Shown here one piece after another: positions 1-8,550 of a stretch of DNA of 49,915 bases. The stretch is taken from positions 1 to 49,915 of the forward strand of contig JAKQQL010000298.1 in the NCBI GenBank assembly GCA_029564175.1. Direction: 5' to 3'. How positions within the stretch are numbered: the first letter of the stretch is position 1; each line of letters begins with the position of its first letter. The notes under the pieces are model-generated. The model was not told the DNA's origin, did no database searches, and saw only the letters and a list, made by a program, of their open reading frames with translations. A program made the translations under genes and the position numbers. This stretch comes from Candidatus Cloacimonadota bacterium. Its GTDB lineage: Bacteria > Cloacimonadota > Cloacimonadia > Cloacimonadales > WRIO01.

Positions 1-183
1 TGGTATCGTCATACAACGCATCAAATCACACATAAAGAGAGTTGCTCCCTTTAAAATGCATACTAAAATCGGATTTTTATCTTTGTATTCATCAGACAAC
101 TGAGAGCCAATTTCTTTTATTCGGTTTCTGATAACCGCTTCGTCAAACAAAACGGCAGAAAGATTTACATTCATGGTATCCAT
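1..183 (-). CDS. hpt: Hypoxanthine phosphoribosyltransferase, 5' part (runs off window start)
   Basis: Manual translation MDTMNVNLSAVLFDEAVIRNRIKEIGSQLSDEYKDKNPILVCILKGATLFMCDLMR contains the HPRT 'ILKG..F..DL' motif; lies directly after tilS (conserved tilS-hpt order). Confidence 0.9.
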   Translation of the reverse strand, partial: MDTMNVNLSAVLFDEAVIRNRIKEIGSQLSDEYKDKNPILVCILKGATLFMCDLMRCMTIP

Positions 184-186
184 ATT

Positions 187-1617
187 CTATCCTTTTTTAC
201 TTTTCTTCTTTGCTAATGCCAGTTTACTTTCTTTTAAATCTTCAATCGTAAACATGACAAATTTCTTTGTCTCTTCTTCAACAGCCACTCTCTGATCTAT
301 TCGATGTTCAGCAATCCAGATTATCTTTTCTGTATCGCAAAAAATCACCACTTTATCTCTTTGATTTTTTTCTATCTTTTCGTCAATAAAAAAATCTTTT
401 AGTTTTTTAAAACCCTTCATTCCAAATGGAATAAACCGGTCTCCAGGCTGACGATAACGAAGAATCAAAGGGAACTGAATCTTGTCTAAATCCATTACAA
501 CACAGTTTTTTTCTTTCGGAAAGCCTTTATCAGGCATTGATTTAAGCTTTTGCATCAAAACGCGTTTATCATTAAAAACAAAAATTGTTCTTAAACTGCT
601 AATTTCTCTGAAAGCAAATTCCGGATTGGGATTATAAGTTTTTTTATTGTAAAGCCTAAGGGTATAATAATCTTTTTGCAAGATGATATCAGCCGGCAGA
701 CTAACTTCTTTTGAGCCCTCCATCGTCAGTATGTTTTGTATTTCTTTGAAATGATAATAGTAAAAATCTCTATCCAACATGCTTAATTTTTCCCATGCAC
801 TTTTAAATATATAAAACTGCAAAACAGGGTTAATTGTTACAATTTCATTTAAATCAAATACAATTTCTGATTCTTCTGCGACTATCATTGCTTTTTTATA
901 GAGTTTTTGAGCAACAGATTTAAAATAATTATCTGCTTCGCTGAATATACAAGCATAATCGATGAGTTTTTCTCTGAAATTCGGATTAAATTCCTGTTCT
1001 ATCAACGGCAGCATTTTATTTCTGATTTTATTACGGTTGTAATCTGATTCATAATTTGTGAGATCATCTCTCCAGTTGCATTTAAGCTCATTAAGGTAGC
1101 TCTCCAGATCTTCTCGCGAAAAAATCAGAAAAGGGTGAATAATATCGCCGGCTTTCGCTTTGATACCAGCCAGCCCATTAAACGCAGAACCCCTGAAAAA
1201 ACGAAATAAAACTGTCTCTGCCTGATCATTTTTATGATGAGCCAAGGCAATGACATCTATTTTATTCATTTTTTTGATTTTATAAAAGAAATCCAGTCTG
1301 ATTTCTCTGGCTTTATTCTCCATTCCGCTTTGACCTTTCAAATCTGCCCGATGGATCAAAACAGGTACATTATTATCAAAACAGAACTCCTTCACAAAAC
1401 GCTCATCAGCATGAGAATCATCACCCCTCAGCTGATAATTGATATGAGCAGCCATGATTGTCAGACGATATTCTTTTCTAAAATGTAGTAAAGTATTCAT
1501 TAATGCAGTAGAATCTGCACCTCCGGAAAATCCCACTAAAATCTTGCTGTTTTGTTTGAACAAGGAATTTTCCAGCACATATTGAATAAATTTCTTATGA
1601 AACTTTTCTACATTCAT
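187..1617 (-). CDS. tilS: tRNA(Ile)-lysidine synthetase
   Basis: PP-loop SGGADS, AHHKNDQAETVL, YNRNKIR and C-terminal PGDRF/KKLKDFFIDEKI motifs; start placed at ATG 1617 (ORF is open to 1647). Confidence 0.95.
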   Translation of the reverse strand: MNVEKFHKKFIQYVLENSLFKQNSKILVGFSGGADSTALMNTLLHFRKEYRLTIMAAHINYQLRGDDSHADERFVKEFCFDNNVPVLIHRADLKGQSGMENKAREIRLDFFYKIKKMNKIDVIALAHHKNDQAETVLFRFFRGSAFNGLAGIKAKAGDIIHPFLIFSREDLESYLNELKCNWRDDLTNYESDYNRNKIRNKMLPLIEQEFNPNFREKLIDYACIFSEADNYFKSVAQKLYKKAMIVAEESEIVFDLNEIVTINPVLQFYIFKSAWEKLSMLDRDFYYYHFKEIQNILTMEGSKEVSLPADIILQKDYYTLRLYNKKTYNPNPEFAFREISSLRTIFVFNDKRVLMQKLKSMPDKGFPKEKNCVVMDLDKIQFPLILRYRQPGDRFIPFGMKGFKKLKDFFIDEKIEKNQRDKVVIFCDTEKIIWIAEHRIDQRVAVEEETKKFVMFTIEDLKESKLALAKKKSKKG

Positions 1618-1867
1618 GAATGACTCTCTTTTCATATTGACTATCAATATATCTCTTATTTTTTATATGGCTTAGAATGTCAACAGAAATTTAAAAAGCA
1701 TTTGCAAAACGTCCATCCTGATTGATAACTTTATCTCTACTTTTTGGTAAAATCTATTGCAAACCGCTTTCCAACTCTCATATCTTAACTATGATGCATT
1801 TTTTTAAATTGACAATAATCATCCCTTTTTTCCAGTAAACTTAAATCAGTCACTATAAGAGGATAAA

Positions 1868-2758
1868 ATGAATCAAAGAGAATCAAGAATAATCAATTTA
1901 GGCTTTATACATATTAAGGAATCCTATCACTTTGGCATATTTGTCATGATATTATCAGCTGTATTGTTTTCAGCCAATACCAGTCTGGTCAGGTATGCGA
2001 AAGAGATGGATGTCTATTTTATCACTTTTATGCGTTTCTTTACTGGTCTTGTGTATTTATTGATTTTAAGAGGACTTCATAAAATTGAGTTTAACTTTAA
2101 AAACTACACACTTTTGTCATTAAGAGGAATTTTTGGTGCATTAGCTGTTTTATTAATGAATATCGGAATCACGAAAATTTCTTTGGGTAAAGGGACCATG
2201 TTGAATTATACCTACCCTGTTTTTGCCACTTTATTAGCTCCTTTTTTAAATAAAGAACATAACAAATTGGGAACATGGATTATTCAGTTTATCGCTCTGG
2301 GCGGATGCTGGCTGTTAGTTATGCCAAAAAATGGAATAAATTTTTCTCCTTTAGACTTAATCGTTTTAGGTGGGGGAGTTTGTGCAGGAATTGCAGTTAA
2401 TACAATTAGAAAACTCCAAAAGAATAATAACACCTTTTCAATTTTCTTTGTCTTCTGTTTCTTTAGTTGTCTGATAACAGGGGTGCCTGCTTTTTCAAAC
2501 TTTCACATGCCTTCATTATTTCAATGGTTTATCTTATTGATGATTGGGTTATTAGGGACTTTTGGACAGCTTGCCATGACATACGGTTACAAAATGGCAC
2601 CTGTCAACGAAGGCAGTCTAATCGGATTTTTAGTACCTGTTTTAAACTTCCTGATTTCCTGGTTAATCTTCAAAGAGAGCCTGAGTGTCTCAGTCATCTC
2701 AGGCTCTGCTTTAGTGATTGTTTGTTGCATTATCACAATGCTTAGAAAAGTCAGTTAA
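1868..2758 (+). CDS. DMT/EamA-family transporter
   Basis: About 10 hydrophobic helices in two repeats; YTYPVFATLLAPFLNKE and LIFKE motifs typical of EamA. Confidence 0.85.
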   Translation: MNQRESRIINLGFIHIKESYHFGIFVMILSAVLFSANTSLVRYAKEMDVYFITFMRFFTGLVYLLILRGLHKIEFNFKNYTLLSLRGIFGALAVLLMNIGITKISLGKGTMLNYTYPVFATLLAPFLNKEHNKLGTWIIQFIALGGCWLLVMPKNGINFSPLDLIVLGGGVCAGIAVNTIRKLQKNNNTFSIFFVFCFFSCLITGVPAFSNFHMPSLFQWFILLMIGLLGTFGQLAMTYGYKMAPVNEGSLIGFLVPVLNFLISWLIFKESLSVSVISGSALVIVCCIITMLRKVS

Positions 2759-5142
2759 ACTTTAAATTTCCCTGTTATCTGCTGAATAGAATCAACTGTT
2801 TTCGTTAATTCACTGGCAATCACATTCAAGCTGTTTGCCTGATTGGCTGTCAATTCTGCAGATTTGAAAATCTGGTTAACCTTATCACCCATTAGCATGA
2901 CATTATGATTAATCTGACTGGATGATCTGTTAATCTCATTAACACCCGAATGCGCTTCTTGAGCATTCCTGCTGACATCATCAGAAATATGAGTGATCTT
3001 TCCGGTACTTCCGGCAATAGAATTGATATGGTTTTGTACGATCTCAAAATGTTGTGTTACGTCATGACTGATTTGTTTAATCTGTTTTAAGAAATTATCA
3101 ATTTGATAGGTATTACGAGCAGATTTTTCAACAGAAGCTGATATTTCATTACTTGCAATTGATTGTTGTTCGACTGTATAGGCGATTGTATGATTAATTT
3201 GATACAGATTTTCAATGATTTCGATCGTTCGATTAAACAAGCGAATCACATTTTGGACATTTGTTTGAATCATATCCACTCTTCCTGCGATCTGTTGGGT
3301 AGCCTGAGCGGTATGTTGTGCAAGTGTTTTCACTTCATTGGCAACAACTGCAAAACCCTTTCCTGCTTCTCCTGCAGAGGCAGCTTCAATTGTTGCGTTT
3401 AATGCCAGCATATTCGTTTGATCTGTAATCTGTTCAATTAAACCAACAATTTTTCTGATTTCACGGGTAGAAACATCCAGCTCATTCATTGCTGACTGAG
3501 CATCATTACTGTAAGCTTTAGCTTCTGAGCTGATTTTATCAGCAGATAAGGCATTTTGGGCGACTTCGGAAATACTGCTGTTCATTTCACTGATAGCAGC
3601 TGAAGAACTCTTCATTTCATCACTAAGATTATTGACACTCAAAGCAATTTCCTGTATATTCAGCGACACAGTATTTAAATCCTGTCCAGCTTTTTTCACC
3701 AGCTGATCTGTACTGACAGAAGCTTCATTAACGGTATTGACATCCTGATTAAGCATTAACATTTCTTCTGCAAGAGAACCAATATTAGATTCAGCCTGTT
3801 CAACAGCTGATTTGATGGTAAAGACTTCTGCCATAACAACCTCTGATACATTTGAGAGTTGTTCTACATCAGTATGAATTGAATCAGATTGTTCGGTTAA
3901 AAGACCAGCTGATTCATTTAACTGTGTACTCTGATGAGAAATAACCTGGTTTTTATTCATAAACTCTTGCATTATCTTTCTCAGATTCATCACAAACTGA
4001 TTGAAATAATGTGCCATTTTTCCTAACTCATCATTCGAATTTACATCAATTTGAACGGTTAAATCTCCCTGTCCCTGAGAGATTTCCTCCAATATACCGG
4101 TCATTTTTAAAATCGGTTTTGTGATTGATTCAGCGATTCGTTTTGCGATATAGATAAAAACAATCAGCGAGATAAGACCGATAATGCTCATACCAATAAT
4201 CAGCGCATATACATTCTCCAGAATTTCATTCTTAGGAATAACAGAAATGATTGACCAGCCTGTATTACCAATCTGTTTATAGACAAAAACTGAGGCTTTT
4301 TTAGAAAATGGATCTTTCGCTTCGAGAATACCTTCTTTTCCATTTTTAATATCTTCTGCAATAGAAAGCAGTTTTGGTCTGTTATTTTCTTTTGAATAGG
4401 CTTCGAGGGTCTGCTTTCCAATCATTTCTTTATTTGGGAAAGAAACAAATGTCCCTTCTTTACTCAATAAAAAAGCATAACCGGATTTTAGAATTTTGAT
4501 TTGCGAAATCATTTCATCCAGAAATGCCAGAGTAACATCGCCACCGACAATTCCGATGAATTGACCATTTTTATTCAATGGATAGGTAAAGGATGCCATC
4601 AAAAGCTTTATATCTTCATCAATGTATGGTTCAATCAGCAAATTTTTATTTTCTTGTTTTGTTAAAGCATAGTATTCTTCATCAAAATAATCAGATGTAC
4701 TTTCTCCAAAAATTATCTGACCATTATCAAAATACCACCAGGGATTGTAATGCCCTGATTCATTGGAAGCCATATTTATCTGACCTTTAAATGATTCATC
4801 TTTGCCATCAAAGGTATCAGGATCGTACAACATGTAAATTCCCTGAAATTCTTTATTACTCTGAGCAAGCTGCTTAATGTACGAGATACCCTGAGCCCTG
4901 TCTTTTATCACTCCGGATTCAATACTATACTTCATTGATTCAAGAAATGAAAAACGTTTGCTAAAATCTAGTTCTATTTGCTTAGCATGTCTTTGAGACA
5001 GCTCTTCTACATTTTGATATGCCTGGTTCACCTGAAATTTGTAAACCTGTAATATGACATAAGAGACAAAAACTATAAAAATACAAAAGACTGCCAATGA
5101 AAAGTAACGAATCATTTTGTTTCTGATACTGGTATTTTTCAT
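2755..5142 (-). CDS. Methyl-accepting chemotaxis protein (TM-dCache-TM-HAMP-long signalling domain)
   Basis: ITDQTNMLALNATIEAASAGEAGKGFAVVANEVKTLA hairpin tip; EPYIDE/GIVGGD dCache motifs; HAMP 'GDLT..DELG'; start at ATG 5142 after GGAGG. Confidence 0.95.
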   Translation of the reverse strand: MKNTSIRNKMIRYFSLAVFCIFIVFVSYVILQVYKFQVNQAYQNVEELSQRHAKQIELDFSKRFSFLESMKYSIESGVIKDRAQGISYIKQLAQSNKEFQGIYMLYDPDTFDGKDESFKGQINMASNESGHYNPWWYFDNGQIIFGESTSDYFDEEYYALTKQENKNLLIEPYIDEDIKLLMASFTYPLNKNGQFIGIVGGDVTLAFLDEMISQIKILKSGYAFLLSKEGTFVSFPNKEMIGKQTLEAYSKENNRPKLLSIAEDIKNGKEGILEAKDPFSKKASVFVYKQIGNTGWSIISVIPKNEILENVYALIIGMSIIGLISLIVFIYIAKRIAESITKPILKMTGILEEISQGQGDLTVQIDVNSNDELGKMAHYFNQFVMNLRKIMQEFMNKNQVISHQSTQLNESAGLLTEQSDSIHTDVEQLSNVSEVVMAEVFTIKSAVEQAESNIGSLAEEMLMLNQDVNTVNEASVSTDQLVKKAGQDLNTVSLNIQEIALSVNNLSDEMKSSSAAISEMNSSISEVAQNALSADKISSEAKAYSNDAQSAMNELDVSTREIRKIVGLIEQITDQTNMLALNATIEAASAGEAGKGFAVVANEVKTLAQHTAQATQQIAGRVDMIQTNVQNVIRLFNRTIEIIENLYQINHTIAYTVEQQSIASNEISASVEKSARNTYQIDNFLKQIKQISHDVTQHFEIVQNHINSIAGSTGKITHISDDVSRNAQEAHSGVNEINRSSSQINHNVMLMGDKVNQIFKSAELTANQANSLNVIASELTKTVDSIQQITGKFKV

Positions 5143-5506
5143 TTTTCCTCCTTGAATAACAATTATCTTTTTTTTTATTAGATTGTCAAGTTTTTTTATA
5201 CTTTTATACACAAAAGCTTTCAAAACTGAAAGATATTAACAAATTAAACAGTCAAATCAGAAAGCAATAATGTAGAAAATGAACTGTTTTTAACAAGATA
5301 GATCAGAGAATTATATGATATTGCTCTTATATACTTTCAGTATTTAATCATTCAATAGATTATTTTCAAATAATTTTACTTACACTTAATCTACGAAATT
5401 TTTCTTTAATCTAATAATAGAGATAAAAAAAACTTGACTTTTTAATATGCTGAATTACATTTTATATATGAAGAGAAACAGGTATTATGTTAATTTTATT
5501 TTAACT

Positions 5507-5548
5507 CAAACAACCTGTTATTAGATTCTGCAAGTTTACTTGCAGTAC
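5507..5548. repeat. Degenerate REP-doublet copy in the motA leader
   Basis: caaacaacctgttattagattct matches 18/23 nt of the 31.6-kb repeat (caaacatcttgtttgcagattct), followed by hairpin ctgcaagt-tt-acttgcag-tac. Confidence 0.5.
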
Positions 5549-5572
5549 AGAAGTAATAGAAGGAGAATTTCT

Positions 5573-6343
5573 ATGGATATTGGAACAATTCTTGGGGTAC
5601 TGGCAGGATTAGGGTTAATTTTGACAGCAATCATGATGGGAAGCAGATTACAGGTATTTATTGATTACCCTTCTATGATGGTTGTTGGAGGAGGAACGAT
5701 TGCAGCTCTGTTTATCGCCTATCCGATGAAATCTGTTTTTTTAATTATAAAAGTAACAAAAAAAGCAATATTTCATAAGCCCATGGAAATCCATACGATC
5801 ATAGCAGACGCCAGTCGTTTTTCTCCTCTGGCTAAAACACAAGGAGCCATTGCGCTGGAAAAAGAGCTGGGTTCTGTTAAGGATGAATATTTTAAAAAAG
5901 GATTGCAAATGATCGCAGACGGCACATCATTGAGTGTCATCAATGATATCATGGGGGGTGAAATCGGTTTAATGAGAGAAAGGCATGCGCTTGGCAGAAA
6001 TATCTATAATGATATTGCTAAATTTGCGCCTGCTTTTGGTATGATTGGTACCCTTATTGGTCTCGTCCAGATGCTCTCCAATCTGTCTGATCCCAACAGT
6101 ATCGGACCCAGTATGGCTGTTGCACTTTTAACGACTTTCTATGGGTCAGTTATTGCCAATTTAGTTGCCACTCCTTTAGCAACAAAACTCAAAGGGCGCT
6201 CAGAAGATGAAACGCTTGCCATGCGACTGACACTGGAAGCGATAAAATCTATATCAAAAAACGAATCCAGAAACATCATTGAAGACAAACTGGCAGTATT
6301 TTTGTCCGGTGAAATGCGAAAGAAAATGAATGCTGGCAAATAA
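5573..6343 (+). CDS. motA: Flagellar stator A subunit (MotA/PomA family)
   Basis: APAFGMIGTLIGLVQML and GPSMAVALLTTFYG motifs; start at ATG 5573 after AGGAG. Confidence 0.92.
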   Translation: MDIGTILGVLAGLGLILTAIMMGSRLQVFIDYPSMMVVGGGTIAALFIAYPMKSVFLIIKVTKKAIFHKPMEIHTIIADASRFSPLAKTQGAIALEKELGSVKDEYFKKGLQMIADGTSLSVINDIMGGEIGLMRERHALGRNIYNDIAKFAPAFGMIGTLIGLVQMLSNLSDPNSIGPSMAVALLTTFYGSVIANLVATPLATKLKGRSEDETLAMRLTLEAIKSISKNESRNIIEDKLAVFLSGEMRKKMNAGK

Positions 6344-6364
6344 CTTATAATTCGGAGTAATAAA

Positions 6365-7204
6365 ATGGCAAAGATAAAAGAAGAAGAAATTGAAGAAAGT
6401 CAGGATCTGACACCAGAAGAAGAAAGCCCTGAAGGTGCACCTGAATGGATGGTAACCTACGGCGACCTTGTGACTTTATTAATGTGCTTTTTTGTCTTAC
6501 TATTCTCAATGTCTAAGTTAGAGAAGCAAAAATTTGAAGCAATCGCTACCTCTCTAAAATCTGCAATAGGTAAAGATCAGGTGCCTGAAGCAGGAACTCA
6601 GCTGGGCTTAGCGATGAAATCAAGCGGAGAAGAATCTAAGCAGAATGCTGTTGATGAACTGGGAGGCATGGTTCAAAAAGAAATTGAAAAAATTGATTCA
6701 GAGGTAAAGGAATTTGTTTTTGCTAACAAACTTGGAGGTCAGGTCAACACCAAAGCAGATGAAAAAGGCTATGTTGTTACCATTTCAGATATTATTTTAT
6801 TCATGCCAGGAAGGGCCGTTATTGAAGATGGCGCTGTACTTCTTCTGGAAAAGATAAAAGATATTCTCAGCCGTTTCCCCTACAATGTGAGAATTGAAGG
6901 ACATACAGATAATACCCCAATTAAAAATGCAACATTCCCTTCAAACTGGGAGTTATCTTCTAGCAGAGCTTGTGAAGTGGTTCGTTTTTTTATTGATAAA
7001 GGGATACCTCCTGAAAGATTATCTGCAGAAGGTTTTGCAGAGTACCGGCCAGTAAAATCGAATGATACAATTGATGGCAGGGCTGCGAACAGAAGAGTTG
7101 AAATCGTCTTTGTCAGAGAGGCAATGGAAAAAGAATTACAAAAAATCCAAAAAGAGCAGGAACAACAAAAACCGATTACGAATGAAGAGGATGATGATGA
7201 ATAA
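6365..7204 (+). CDS. motB: Flagellar stator B subunit (MotB/PomB family)
   Basis: WMVTYGDLVTLLMCFFVLLFSMS TM segment with the essential Asp; OmpA-like domain EGHTDN..NWELS..RA, NRRVEI. Confidence 0.93.
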   Translation: MAKIKEEEIEESQDLTPEEESPEGAPEWMVTYGDLVTLLMCFFVLLFSMSKLEKQKFEAIATSLKSAIGKDQVPEAGTQLGLAMKSSGEESKQNAVDELGGMVQKEIEKIDSEVKEFVFANKLGGQVNTKADEKGYVVTISDIILFMPGRAVIEDGAVLLLEKIKDILSRFPYNVRIEGHTDNTPIKNATFPSNWELSSSRACEVVRFFIDKGIPPERLSAEGFAEYRPVKSNDTIDGRAANRRVEIVFVREAMEKELQKIQKEQEQQKPITNEEDDDE

Positions 7205-7979
7205 CATTCTGATCATTGATGATTTTAATCATGACAAATCAAACATACTCAAGAGTTTAAAAGAAATTAACTGTACATGGACGGTAAAAAATGTTTATGA
7301 TATAGCTGAAAATCCGGATTTTATCAAGCCTTTTCAAGTGATCCTTCATTTTATTAATTCTACAGATTTTTCTGCTAAATTTATTCAAATCATCAAGTAT
7401 GAATTTGATTATTTTATTCCTGTTATTGCTATCGATTTCAATAATATCTTCTCAAATGAGCATTACTCAGATTTGCCTTATGATGACATTTATACAGGAG
7501 ATTTTATCAGTGAAAAATTCAAGCTCAGAATCAGTTCATATTTGAAATTAAAAAGTTATCACGACAGACTTTATAATGAAAAAAACATTTTGGAATCAAA
7601 AGTCAGCTTTTCTCTAGAAATCCTAAAAAATATCAGTATTGGAATTCTTCTTTTTGATAATAAAGGAAAGATCATTTTTGAAAACGATTGTTCAGTCAGA
7701 TTGATAGAATCAGCTTTGGATGAGAATGTTAATCATCTTTTCAAATCTGAACGTTTTCTTATTGGCAAAAGTGCTCAGTTTGATTTTTTAGATGAGCTTT
7801 TTAAAGAGACACTTTATCTGACCACAACCTCAGGTAAGGAGGTTGAAGTGAAAAGAATGATCACTGAAAAACAATCCGACCTGTATATGGGCGCATTAAT
7901 CATCAAAGAGATTAATACAAACAATAAGCTCATTAAAGCAAATCACAAGTCATTAAAATCTTTTTTAAAGGAGTTTTAA
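7197..7979 (+). CDS. Pseudo-receiver plus PAS-like protein with no output domain
   Basis: ILIIDD start, FQVILHF where the phospho-Asp is expected, 'LRISSYLKLKSYHDRL' linker, 'ILKNISIGILLFDNKGKIIFEN' PAS start; start re-placed at ATG 7197 overlapping the motB stop. Confidence 0.6.
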   Translation: MNNILIIDDFNHDKSNILKSLKEINCTWTVKNVYDIAENPDFIKPFQVILHFINSTDFSAKFIQIIKYEFDYFIPVIAIDFNNIFSNEHYSDLPYDDIYTGDFISEKFKLRISSYLKLKSYHDRLYNEKNILESKVSFSLEILKNISIGILLFDNKGKIIFENDCSVRLIESALDENVNHLFKSERFLIGKSAQFDFLDELFKETLYLTTTSGKEVEVKRMITEKQSDLYMGALIIKEINTNNKLIKANHKSLKSFLKEF

Positions 7980-7981
7980 TA

Positions 7982-8428
7982 ATGTCAGAGGGAAGAAAAT
8001 TATTCTATGAAAAATCTCTTATTTGGGCAAAAACAGAAGAGCAAAAACTGTATTCATGGATGAGCCCTGTAAAAATTGAAAAACTAATGTCAGATAAAAA
8101 AAAAGTTTTCACTATGTCTAATATCCATTCTGACACTTTAATAAATAAATGCGAATTTATTGAACAAACTGATCTGTATGAATTTAAACTATATTCCGGA
8201 GCGAAAATCATCTGTTCTGAGTTTGTTGAGTTCAATATTGAAAGAATCTGGGTTCCATTAAAAGAAATAAATCTACATGAAAAGATTGTTGAATTTAATA
8301 TACTCAATAATCATTACTTTGAATCTTATGCCGTTTCTGTTAAAAAAGTGGAAAATGTGAAAGGCTATATCATAGATTCAGCTGATCATGTTGGAATTGT
8401 AAACAGTTTTTTAGTAAAATTGAACTAA
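7982..8428 (+). CDS. Stand-alone intein-like (HINT-fold) protein with degenerate catalytic residues
   Basis: Pattern match to intein blocks: PVKIEKL..KVFTM, LYEFKLYSGAKIICS, WVPLKEINLHEKI, VSVKKV..GYII..H.GIVNSFLVKLN. Confidence 0.6.
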   Translation: MSEGRKLFYEKSLIWAKTEEQKLYSWMSPVKIEKLMSDKKKVFTMSNIHSDTLINKCEFIEQTDLYEFKLYSGAKIICSEFVEFNIERIWVPLKEINLHEKIVEFNILNNHYFESYAVSVKKVENVKGYIIDSADHVGIVNSFLVKLN

Positions 8429-8550
8429 AACCCATCCACTAGTTATTAATATCATTATTTTTAAAAAAAACCTTGCATTTCAATCAGATTTATGTTAATA
8501 ATATCTTAAAATAAGTATACCGTGTAAAATCCGTAAAAAAGTGAGGGTTT

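Noticed and set aside
7062..7196. N-terminal extension of the 305-aa ORF
   Set aside because: It overlaps motB by ~140 nt in another frame and is low-complexity Lys/Arg; the receiver-like domain begins at 7197
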